From positions 1,629,876-1,661,875 of the forward strand of contig NZ_JBHSTI010000008.1 in assembly GCF_042660085.1 (NCBI RefSeq): DNA of 32,000 bases, given 5' to 3'. Below, piece after piece: positions 8,472 through 17,978 of the stretch. How positions within the stretch are numbered: the stretch's first letter is position 1; each line of letters starts with the position of its first letter. A program made the translations under genes and the position numbers. The notes beneath the pieces were generated by a model, which did not search any database, was not told where the DNA came from, and saw only the letters and a program-made list of their open reading frames with translations. This DNA comes from Longivirga aurantiaca (lineage in GTDB: Bacteria > Actinomycetota > Actinomycetes > S36-B12 > CAIYMF01).

Positions 8472-9101
8472 TCAGGCGGTAGCGGCCCGTCCCACCGTGT
8501 CGATCAAGCTCGCGAACGCGCGGCAGCCTGCGGGCTGCAGGTGGATGTGGTCCGACCAGGTCCAGGTCGACAGGTGGGCCTCGGACTTCGCGTTCCAGTC
8601 CGCGAGCCGTGCGTTGGGGTAGCGCAGCGTCGCCTGGCGGATCGAGGTGTTGCTGCGCGCCTCGTGCGAGTAGCGCCCGTCGTTCGGCAGCTGGATGGTC
8701 ACCCACACCACGATGCGCTTGGGACCCAGCACCTTCATGATCGCGTCGATCTGCGCGTCGGTGACGCCGCCGTTGGTGCCCGCGTGGACGGCGACGACAT
8801 GCGGCACGCGCGAGCCCATGGACGCCAGCACATCGCGGACCGCGAGCGCCTGCCGGCTGCCCTTCGCGTCGTACGACCAGGCCTTCGCTGCCACGCAGGT
8901 GCGAGCCCCGAGCAGCACGGAGTCGCCGATCACGAACGCCGGGCCGGTGTAGCGGGCGGGGGCCAGCGGCCCGATGACGGTCGTGATGGTGGTGCCGACG
9001 CCGCCGTCCGAGACCGTGGCCTCGGCGGCCGTCGGGGCGAGCACCACAGCGATGAGCACGGCAACAGCGAGGACGGACGCCGTACGGCGAGCACGCACCA
9101 C
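8472..9101 (-). CDS. Secreted SGNH/GDSL-type hydrolase (esterase or O-acetyl-transfer related)
   Basis: Signal/TM segment, then VIGDS (block I), HAGTNGG (block III) and DHIHL (block V DxxH). GGAGG lies upstream. Confidence 0.75.
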   Translation of the reverse strand: MVRARRTASVLAVAVLIAVVLAPTAAEATVSDGGVGTTITTVIGPLAPARYTGPAFVIGDSVLLGARTCVAAKAWSYDAKGSRQALAVRDVLASMGSRVPHVVAVHAGTNGGVTDAQIDAIMKVLGPKRIVVWVTIQLPNDGRYSHEARSNTSIRQATLRYPNARLADWNAKSEAHLSTWTWSDHIHLQPAGCRAFASLIDTVGRAATA

Positions 9102-9180
9102 TGCCTCCGAGGGTCGGCTGACCCGTCCACGGTAGCCAGGCGCAGGGTCAGGTGTCCCGGTGTCCGGAGAGGAGCGCCGG

Positions 9181-9969
9181 TCAGCGGCCGAGGGTGAAGC
9201 GCAGCGCTCCCCCGACGCCGCCCAGCTCGGCCCGGCGCCGCAGGCCGAAGGCGAGGCGAACGGCCGGGGCCTTCCATCCGAAGACGCGGTCGAAGATCAC
9301 CGCACGCGCCCGCCTGTCGGCGTCGGTGCCCCAGCGCGAGCCCGAGCTGTCGTCCGGGTGCATGGCGACGACGACGGGCCCGTGCAGGCCCCGGCCGCCG
9401 GCCTTCAGCAGGTCCGCGCAGAAGATGTACTCGTCGCCCAGGTAGTTCTCCGCCCCGGCGCCGAACCGTTCGTCGAAGCGGATCCCCCGGGCTCGGACAT
9501 CCGGCACCCGCACCAGCATCTCGTACGTCGCCGCCTTCCCGCTGTTGCGCAGCGTCAGCGGCACGACGGACGCCGGGTAGTCCTTGCGTAGCCGGCCGTG
9601 CTCGTCGCGCGCAGCGGCCAGGAGCATGCCGGCGCCCGGGTCGGCGTCGAGCAGCGCGAGCCCCTCGAGGATCCCCGGCCAGTCGAACTCGACGTCGTCG
9701 TCCGCGAACAGGAGGTACTCGGTCTCTGCGGCGTCGAGCACAAGGTTGCGGCTCTTGGCCACGCCCCACGCGACCTGCTCGAAGAAGGTCACGTCGCCGC
9801 GCGCGGTCAGCGACTCGGGCAGGGTCGAGCGCCAGTCGGTCTCGGACGGGTTCTGCACCGAGACGATCACGGCGAGCAGCGGATCCTCAGGCGGCGGCGC
9901 GACGTTGCGCACGCGGTCGGCGGTGGTGGAGTAGCCGAGCGTCACGCGGGCGGCGACGGGCTCAGTCAT
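9181..9969 (-). CDS. Glycosyltransferase family 2 (GT-A fold)
   Basis: LLAVIVSVQN...GVAKSRNLVLDAAETEYLLFADDDVEF follows the GT2 nucleotide-binding and DxD pattern. Its ATG overlaps the stop of the upstream membrane gene by 8 nt. Confidence 0.8.
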   Translation of the reverse strand: MTEPVAARVTLGYSTTADRVRNVAPPPEDPLLAVIVSVQNPSETDWRSTLPESLTARGDVTFFEQVAWGVAKSRNLVLDAAETEYLLFADDDVEFDWPGILEGLALLDADPGAGMLLAAARDEHGRLRKDYPASVVPLTLRNSGKAATYEMLVRVPDVRARGIRFDERFGAGAENYLGDEYIFCADLLKAGGRGLHGPVVVAMHPDDSSGSRWGTDADRRARAVIFDRVFGWKAPAVRLAFGLRRRAELGGVGGALRFTLGR

Positions 9970-10849
9970 CCTCGTCGTCGTCCCTGTCCTTCGCCTTGAG
10001 CTGGGCGTTGGCCACCGAGCGGGCGTAGCGCATGATCGCGCCGGACATGCTCGCGATGGTGCCGTTCTGCAGGCGGGCGGCGAGGAACAGCACGACCGTG
10101 TTGGCGATGCTGACGTAGCCGTTGATGCTGAACAGGATCAGGCCGGCGAGCAGGATCACCATGCCGACCGAGGCGATGAGGGTGCCGACCTCGGCGCTCA
10201 TGATGCGCGAGCGGAGCTTGTCGTACGCCGGGACGACGACCTTCTTGTCGCGCTGCTCGACATAGCGGATCTGCGCGGCCATCTGGTGCTTGAACAGCCG
10301 GCTGACCACCTCGAACAGGATGATGATCAGCAGGAAGTTGAGCGCGCCGTAGATGGGCGCGAGGACCGCGATGAAGATCGCGATCACCATGAGCTGGGTC
10401 GCGAACGAGAGCACGTTGACGAGCTCGAGGCCGAGAGCCCACTCCCAGCTGGCGGTTGCGCCGCCGCTGCTGCGCCCCGCCTTCTTGAAGACCGTGTCGA
10501 AGAACTGCACGCGGTAGATGCGCTGCGCGTAGTGCGCCACGCGTGTCAGCAGGAAGAGCGCGAAGAAGATGACGAGCTGGACGGCGATATCCGAGAGCTG
10601 GGCACCCTTGCGCTCCTGGGTGATGACGTCGGTGAAGAGCTTGGTGACGAACAGCTCCGTGACCGGGATGAAGGCGCCGAGGGCGACCAGGGTGAGGAGC
10701 ATCCCGCGGTCCTTGCCCTTCGGGATCATCAGCTGGTACGTGTTCCGCAGCGAGCGGGCCAGGGCGATGATCGCGATCTGCCACGGGTCGCGCAGGAGCT
10801 CCCGCAGCGCCTTGCGCGACGGGAGCAGCGAGCGCTTCTTAGCCATCAT
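9962..10849 (-). CDS. Six-TM membrane protein resembling the transmembrane domain of a type-I ABC exporter; no ATPase domain; acidic tail DRDDDEDD
   Basis: Helix pattern 1+1, 2 adjacent, 2 adjacent. Sequence logic resembles ABC_membrane (..FIPVTELFVTKLFTDVIT.., ..RIYRVQFFDTVFKK.., ..NGYVSIANTVVLFLAARLQ..). The protein ends right after TM6. GC about 61% in a 100-nt hand count. Confidence 0.7.
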   Translation of the reverse strand: MMAKKRSLLPSRKALRELLRDPWQIAIIALARSLRNTYQLMIPKGKDRGMLLTLVALGAFIPVTELFVTKLFTDVITQERKGAQLSDIAVQLVIFFALFLLTRVAHYAQRIYRVQFFDTVFKKAGRSSGGATASWEWALGLELVNVLSFATQLMVIAIFIAVLAPIYGALNFLLIIILFEVVSRLFKHQMAAQIRYVEQRDKKVVVPAYDKLRSRIMSAEVGTLIASVGMVILLAGLILFSINGYVSIANTVVLFLAARLQNGTIASMSGAIMRYARSVANAQLKAKDRDDDEDD

Positions 10850-10901
10850 CCTTCTTCGTCGTGGGCAGCCGAACCCGGTGCGGGTCCGGCACCACGATGC
10901 C

Positions 10902-12683
10902 TCAGACCTTGCTCTTCTGCTTGGACGACGCGGCGAGCACGGTCGCGACGGCGGCGCGCAGGTGCTCCTGCACCTCGTCCTTCTTCGCCTCGCTGACGCG
11001 GATGTCCTTGACCAGGACGCTCAGGTCGCTGTGGCGCAGGTCGAACGGCACCGCCTGCGGGTTCGCCACCTCCACGTCGGCCCCGAGCGCGTAGTCCTCG
11101 TACTTGATCCCCTCGCCGTGCACGTTGTCCTCGAAGCCCTCGAAGGTCACGAGACCGCAGGGGATGCCGTAGCTCTGGCAGGCGATCATCACGTGCATCG
11201 CACTCGTGATGACGTAGTCGTACTGCACGAGGTTCCCGAGGAAGGCCTCGATGTCCTCGCGGCGGCTCATCCGGACGTCGAGCTCGTCGACGTGCTCGGG
11301 CAGCTGCATCGGGATGGGCCGGTGGGTGAAGTGGCGCACGAACGCGACGCGCCCGTTGGTCGCGGCGCGCTCCAGCGGCACGAACCGCGAGAGCGCCAGA
11401 CCCGGGTCGCCGAACGCGGTGACCGCGGGGCCCCCGGACGCCCGCAGCACCCTCGCCGCGATGGGCCCGCGCATCGAGATGTACGTCGCCTTCGTGGCGA
11501 GCTGGAGGTCGGTGGTCGACACGCCCGTGCCGACCACGACCGAGCTCGGCTTGATGAAGCGACCGATCGAGCCGAGCGCCACCAGATGGGGCTTCTTGGT
11601 GGCGTCGGTGACGTTCTGGAACTTGATGTTGGCGCTGGTGGCCGACGCCACCGCGAGCGGGCTGAGCCAGTCGCCGAAGTTGCCCGGGAAGGGCTTGACC
11701 CACCAGGCGAGCCGCAGCGACAGGGGGCTGTCCCGGGCGGCGTACTCGAGGAACGCCTCGGAAACCTCGAAGGATGCGTCCTCGGCCGGGCCGACGATGT
11801 AGGCGTTGTCGAACTTCTTGCGGGCGGCGGCGAAGGCGATCGGGTCGCCCGTCATCCCGGCCGAGAGCATGTCCCCGACGCAGGTGGCGCGGACGGGGTC
11901 GATGACCCGGACGGTGTCGGCGGTCAGGGCGCCGGTGATCCCGACCGTGTCGGAGAGGCGACGCAGCCGCTGCCGGGCGTCGTCGGGCAGCGAGGCCTCG
12001 ATCTTCTTCGCCTGGGCGAGCATCTTCTTGCGGGCGCCGACCTTCTTCTTCGAGCCGTGCTGGACGACCTTGCCCTTGAACTCGGCGACGTTGCCGCTGG
12101 ACCCGAAGACGAAGAAGGGAGGCCGTCCGGCATCACCGGTCTCCTTGTCCTCGCGCACGATCGCGGTCGAGGAGATCATCTGGAACGTGAGGTTGTGCGC
12201 GTTCGCGCGCCACGCCTCCTCGAGGAAGTAGTCGTCGGTCGCCTTGAGGTCGGAGCGCTGCTCGAGCGCGTACGCGTCGTCGATCAGCTTGCGCCCGAGC
12301 GGCGACGCGGCCACGCCCCAGAACGACGGCTCCCAGAAGCGCGTGCGGTTGGCGTACCCGATCTGCATGGGCGACCGGAAGCTGCGCTGGAAGCCGATGA
12401 AGTCGGCGGTGGTGTCGCGGACGTAGTCCGGCAGGTGCGTGATGCGGCAGTCGACGTCGATCCAGATGACCATGGAGTCCGGGTGCCTCTGGCACACGCC
12501 GTGGATGAAGCCGATCTTGCGCCGGGTGATGTCGGCCCAGTCGTCGCCCTCGCGCTTCTCGACCTCGAGCAGCTCGTAGCGGACGCCGAGCGAGTCCAGC
12601 TGCTGCGCCAGCTCCCGGGCATGCCCGGCGTAGTACTCATCCGGGGTGTGGAAGGAACAGACGACGACGTCGCGATGCGGCAC
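10902..12683 (-). CDS. Fusion protein: N-terminal GT-A-like nucleotide-sugar transferase, Lys-rich linker, C-terminal polysaccharide pyruvyl transferase
   Basis: N-terminal domain: VVVCSFHTPDEYY...MVIWIDVDCRITHLP (DxD). Linker: GSKKKVGARKKMLAQAKK. C-terminal domain: FPGNFGDWLSPL and VITSAMHVMIACQSYGIPC, both PS_pyruv_trans hallmarks. GTG start, with TAGATT 6 nt upstream. Confidence 0.8.
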   Translation of the reverse strand: MPHRDVVVCSFHTPDEYYAGHARELAQQLDSLGVRYELLEVEKREGDDWADITRRKIGFIHGVCQRHPDSMVIWIDVDCRITHLPDYVRDTTADFIGFQRSFRSPMQIGYANRTRFWEPSFWGVAASPLGRKLIDDAYALEQRSDLKATDDYFLEEAWRANAHNLTFQMISSTAIVREDKETGDAGRPPFFVFGSSGNVAEFKGKVVQHGSKKKVGARKKMLAQAKKIEASLPDDARQRLRRLSDTVGITGALTADTVRVIDPVRATCVGDMLSAGMTGDPIAFAAARKKFDNAYIVGPAEDASFEVSEAFLEYAARDSPLSLRLAWWVKPFPGNFGDWLSPLAVASATSANIKFQNVTDATKKPHLVALGSIGRFIKPSSVVVGTGVSTTDLQLATKATYISMRGPIAARVLRASGGPAVTAFGDPGLALSRFVPLERAATNGRVAFVRHFTHRPIPMQLPEHVDELDVRMSRREDIEAFLGNLVQYDYVITSAMHVMIACQSYGIPCGLVTFEGFEDNVHGEGIKYEDYALGADVEVANPQAVPFDLRHSDLSVLVKDIRVSEAKKDEVQEHLRAAVATVLAASSKQKSKV

Positions 12684-12769
12684 GGGCCGAATCTACACGG
12701 CGCGACAGGCCCTCCCACGGCTCCGCGACGCCGCGGCCGCAGGTTTCGCACCCCGCGACGTGGTGATCG

Positions 12770-13528
12770 TCACGCGGGTGCGGCGTTGTCGAGGTAGATG
12801 TCGATACCCGGCAGCTCGACGAAACCCAGTCGGCGGTACACCGAAGCCGCCCGGGGCGTCTCGGGCTCGAGGTGCGCGAGACGTGCCCCGGCCCCGGCCG
12901 CCATCGTCAGCAGCCCCGCCGTGACCGCCGTCCCGACGCCGCGACCCTCGTGCTCCGGCAGCACGCAGATCCCGCCCACGTGCGTCGCGGGGCCGGCTCG
13001 CCCGTCGCTGCGCACGCCGTACCCCGTGGCGACCGGGACGCCGTCGAGCACGCCCAGGAGCACGTCGACCCGCGGGTCCGCGAGGTGCGGCCCGCACCAC
13101 GGCGCCTCGACGACAGGGTCCGACCCGAAGGCCGCCGAGTCGATCGACAGCACGGCGTCGAGGTCGTCCGCGGTCACCATCCGCAGGTCGAGGCCGGGCA
13201 CGGCCGGAGCGACAGGAAGGTCCGACAGGTCCCGCCCCATGAGCGGCTTGGTGAGGATGCGTCGTCCGTGCGGCCAGGGGCAGCCGACCGGGAGCCGCAG
13301 CCCCCACGCCGCTGCGCGGTCGGAGTACCAGGCCGCCACCTGGCCGAGGTCGACGAGCGCAGGGTCGTCGACGTCGCCGCTGTTCCACTGGGGGTGGGCC
13401 AGGCCGCTGCACATCAGCCGTGCGCCGGGGAGCTCGATGGCGTCGCCGCCGTGCGGGCGCCGCAGCTCGCCCTCGACCTGCCACGCGTCGGCATGCGCCG
13501 CGCGCAGGAGCTCGGGGGTGATGTGCAC
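12770..13528 (-). CDS. GNAT family N-acetyltransferase
   Basis: C-terminal ICVLPEHEGRGVGTAVTAGLL...VYRRLGF is the acetyl-CoA binding Q/RxxGxG/A motif. Confidence 0.8.
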   Translation of the reverse strand: MHITPELLRAAHADAWQVEGELRRPHGGDAIELPGARLMCSGLAHPQWNSGDVDDPALVDLGQVAAWYSDRAAAWGLRLPVGCPWPHGRRILTKPLMGRDLSDLPVAPAVPGLDLRMVTADDLDAVLSIDSAAFGSDPVVEAPWCGPHLADPRVDVLLGVLDGVPVATGYGVRSDGRAGPATHVGGICVLPEHEGRGVGTAVTAGLLTMAAGAGARLAHLEPETPRAASVYRRLGFVELPGIDIYLDNAAPA

Positions 13529-13570
13529 GCACCCACCCTGGCAGCGACGCGCCGCCGGGTGCGCACGGAT

Positions 13571-14089
13571 TCAGTGCTGAGACGCGGACGCGAGCAGCGT
13601 CGAGAGGTGGGCTCCCCAGGCCTCGGCGCGCTCGACCTCGCCGGGCTCGAGCGGACCCATGGTGCCCTGGACCCCGAAGTCCTCGGGGTCGGCGATCAGC
13701 CGGAAGCCAGCAGCCTTCAGCGCCTTCGCGGCGCCCTTGCCCGCCGAGCCGGTGAGAGGCTTGCGCACCTTGGTGTCGAAGACCGCTGCCGGGATCGGCT
13801 TGCGCAGCCGGTGCAGCCCGGCGAGCACCTCGCGGAGGCCGGCCCCGTCGCTCACGACCTCGCCGTCCGGGGACTTGGTGCGCGCGTCCTGGCGCGACTG
13901 CGGGCGGCTCATCCCGAAGGCGTGCGTCGGGCCGCCCACGACGAGCAGCTCGAGGTCCGACGGAAGGTCGCGGAGCTCGCCGATCTCGAGCACCTCGACG
14001 CTGCCCCTGGGCGCGAGACCGCGCGCCACCGCCTGCGCGATCTCCCGCGTGTTGCCGAACATGGACTCGTAGACGACCAGGGTGGTCAT
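13571..14089 (-). CDS. Flavodoxin family protein
   Basis: MTTLVVYESMFGNTREIAQAVA...LLVVGGPTHAFGMS. ATG at 14089 follows GGGGAGG. The 696-aa ORF-track entry is an antisense run-on upstream of this start. Confidence 0.85.
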   Translation of the reverse strand: MTTLVVYESMFGNTREIAQAVARGLAPRGSVEVLEIGELRDLPSDLELLVVGGPTHAFGMSRPQSRQDARTKSPDGEVVSDGAGLREVLAGLHRLRKPIPAAVFDTKVRKPLTGSAGKGAAKALKAAGFRLIADPEDFGVQGTMGPLEPGEVERAEAWGAHLSTLLASASQH

Positions 14090-14281
14090 GACTGCCTCCC
14101 CTTCGCCTCCATCCTCCACCCGCCTCCGCTCGCGTGGCCCGGCTCGACCTGTCTGCTCGGTCACCCGACCCGAGGCCGGACTGTGACCTGCGCCACCGGT
14201 CGAACCTGCCCGGGCGGGGTACCTGGCGGTTAACGTCCCGACGGTCGGGACCAGTTCGGCCCGCAGGAGGGAAGGCATCAC

Positions 14282-15145
14282 ATGCGCAACATCCTTCGTG
14301 GCGGCATCGCAGCGCTGGCGGCCACCGCCGTCGTCGTGGCGACAGCTGCAGCACCATCGGCGGCCATCACCGGGGGGAACCCCGACGGTGAAGGTCACCC
14401 GAACGTCGGCGTGATCCTGTTCTACGAGGACGGCGGTCGTTACCGTTGCACCGCCACGCTCGTGAACCCGACCACGCTCATCACCGCGGCCCACTGCGTC
14501 GCGACCGACGGGCTCACGATCGTCACGTTCTCGTCCGTGATCGCCGAGGCACCGCCGTCGGGTCTGCCGACCGCCGCCGACCCCGCGGCCGGCTACGCCG
14601 AGTCGGACATCGAGGGCAAGACCGGCTTCTACATCGGTCAGGCCGTCGCGCACCCGGACTACTCGAACTTCACCGACCTCGACACCTGGAACGACGTCGC
14701 CGTCGTCCACCTGACCAGCGCCGTCGCGGGCATCACTCCGGCGACCATCGCCCCGGAGAACTTCCTCGAGGCCTACCGACCGGCGAACATCCTGAGCAAG
14801 ACGCTCTTCGAGCTCGTGGGCTATGGCACCGAGGTGCGCAAGAGCGACGTCGGACCCCAGAAGCCGACGCCGCAGAGCTACCCGCTCATCCGGCGCGTCG
14901 CGCTCTCGCCCGGTCAGAAGATGACCGACCAGATCGTGCAGATGAACGGCAACATCAACGACACCCGCGGCACCGGAGGCACCTGCTTCGGCGACTCGGG
15001 CGGACCGTCGTTCATCTCGGGCTACCTCGTGACGGTGACGAGCTACGGCCTCACCCAGAACTGCCGCTACATCGGCGGATACCAGCGCGTCGACATCCCC
15101 GGCGTGCAGCAGTTCCTGCAGGCCGAGGGCGTCCTCGCCTCCTAG
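14282..15145 (+). CDS. Secreted trypsin-like serine protease (S1 family)
   Basis: Signal peptide, then ITGG start of the mature enzyme. Catalytic triad context TAAHC, DVAVVHL, GDSGGP. SD AGGAGGG upstream. Confidence 0.9.
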   Translation: MRNILRGGIAALAATAVVVATAAAPSAAITGGNPDGEGHPNVGVILFYEDGGRYRCTATLVNPTTLITAAHCVATDGLTIVTFSSVIAEAPPSGLPTAADPAAGYAESDIEGKTGFYIGQAVAHPDYSNFTDLDTWNDVAVVHLTSAVAGITPATIAPENFLEAYRPANILSKTLFELVGYGTEVRKSDVGPQKPTPQSYPLIRRVALSPGQKMTDQIVQMNGNINDTRGTGGTCFGDSGGPSFISGYLVTVTSYGLTQNCRYIGGYQRVDIPGVQQFLQAEGVLAS

Positions 15146-15153
15146 GTCCACGC

Positions 15154-15196
15154 ACGGTTGCGGGCGGCACAGGTCCTCTGTGCCGCCCGTAACCGT
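15154..15196 (+). terminator. 19-bp stem-loop after the S1 protease gene
   Basis: acggttgcgggcggcacag-gtcct-ctgtgccgcccgtaaccgt (one G-U pair), 9 nt after the stop codon. Confidence 0.6.
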
Positions 15197-15311
15197 CTCC
15201 GGGGTGCTCTGACGCAGGGATCCGGACGACCTGCGCAGTGGTCCTGCCGAGCTCGACGGGACGGCCGATTCCCGCCGGTACGCCGTCGCGCCGGACCCGT
15301 ACGCTCCCCCG

Positions 15312-16256
15312 GTGACCGACATCCCCAGCACCGCCCCCGCGCACATGAGCCGGCGCGCCTGGGTGCTCTTCGCCTCGATGGCGGTGATCTGGGGGATCCC
15401 GTACCTCTTCATCAAGATCGCGGTCGTCGAGGTGTCCCCCGTCGCCCTGGCGGGGATGCGCACGCTGCTGGCTGCGCTCGTCCTGCTCCCGCTCGCGGCG
15501 CGCGCCGGCGCCCTGCGCCCGGCGCTGCGCTCCTGGCCGTACGTCGCCGCGTTCGGCGTGCTGGAGATGGCGATCCCCTGGGTGCTCATCGGCCACGCCG
15601 AGATCCGGGTGTCGAGCGGCTTCGCCGGCCTGGTCATCGCGGCGGTCCCGATGTTCGGCACGCTGCTCGCCTGGCTCCTCGGCGACCGGCACGCGCTGGC
15701 GCGGGTCCGGGTCCTCGGTCTCGCGACCGGGTTCGTCGGCGTCGGAGCGCTCGTGGGCCTGGACTCCCTCGGCGGTCACGCCGACGCCCTGAGCGTGCTC
15801 GAGCTGCTGGCGGTGGCGGCGCTGTACGCCGTCGCCCCGGCGATCGCCGACCGCAAGCTGCGGCACGTGCCGTCGATCGGCGTCATCGCGGTGTCGCTGA
15901 CGATCGTCGCGGTGCTCTACCTGCCGTTCACGATCGGCGAGATGTCGCAAGGCCTGCCGTCGCCCTCGGTCGTCGGCTCGATCCTGGTGCTCGCGCTCGT
16001 CTGCACGGCTCTGGCCTTCGTGCTCTTCTTCGAGCTCATCGCCACCGCGGGCCCGGTGCGCGCGACGGTGATCACCTTCCTCAACCCGGCCGTCGCCGTC
16101 CTGCTCGGGCTCGTCGTGCTGTCCGAGCCGCTCACGTGGGGCACCCTCGTCGGATTCCCGCTGGTCCTGCTCGGCTCCTACTGGGCGACCCGACCGACCA
16201 CATCTGCCGCCAGGCCTGCCGCCACGGCCGACCCGACCGACGTCACCACGCCGTAG
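15312..16256 (+). CDS. DMT superfamily (EamA-type) transporter
   Basis: About ten TM helices with two EamA-like halves (WGIPYLFIKIAV...). TACGCT sits 6 nt upstream of GTG 15312. Alternative ATG at 15345. Confidence 0.85.
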   Translation: MTDIPSTAPAHMSRRAWVLFASMAVIWGIPYLFIKIAVVEVSPVALAGMRTLLAALVLLPLAARAGALRPALRSWPYVAAFGVLEMAIPWVLIGHAEIRVSSGFAGLVIAAVPMFGTLLAWLLGDRHALARVRVLGLATGFVGVGALVGLDSLGGHADALSVLELLAVAALYAVAPAIADRKLRHVPSIGVIAVSLTIVAVLYLPFTIGEMSQGLPSPSVVGSILVLALVCTALAFVLFFELIATAGPVRATVITFLNPAVAVLLGLVVLSEPLTWGTLVGFPLVLLGSYWATRPTTSAARPAATADPTDVTTP

Positions 16257-16297
16257 CGGCAATACCCGTGCGGCAGCACGCGCGGCCGCAGGCGAGG

Positions 16298-17953
<1,656 letters not shown>

Positions 17954-17978
17954 GCGGCTCGCGCCGTACGGTGTGCGG

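Noticed and set aside
10569-12797. 742-aa plus-strand ORF overlapping the pyruvyl-transferase fusion gene
   Set aside because: Antisense shadow ORF. Its translation has no recognisable motifs, whereas the minus strand carries the DxD and both pyruvyl-transferase motifs along with sensible hydrophobic and charged patterning.
7257-15200. A tRNA-Leu-associated genomic island or integrative element
   Set aside because: No integrase, recombinase, excisionase, transposase or phage gene is present. Reading by eye, I found no second copy of the tRNA 3' segment that would mark an att site. I report only a compositional anomaly, not a mobile element.
14090-15661. N-terminal 520-aa extension of the flavodoxin ORF (ORF-track entry 13571..15661)
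   Set aside because: The extension runs antisense through the S1 protease and EamA genes and translates to junk. A complete flavodoxin starts at ATG 14089, directly after GGGGAGG.
16257-16297. Leader-peptide or attenuator control typical of inducible antibiotic-resistance ABC-F genes
   Set aside because: Only 41 nt separate the EamA stop from the ABC-F start. That leaves no room for a leader ORF or alternative hairpins, so inducible ARE-type regulation is not supported.
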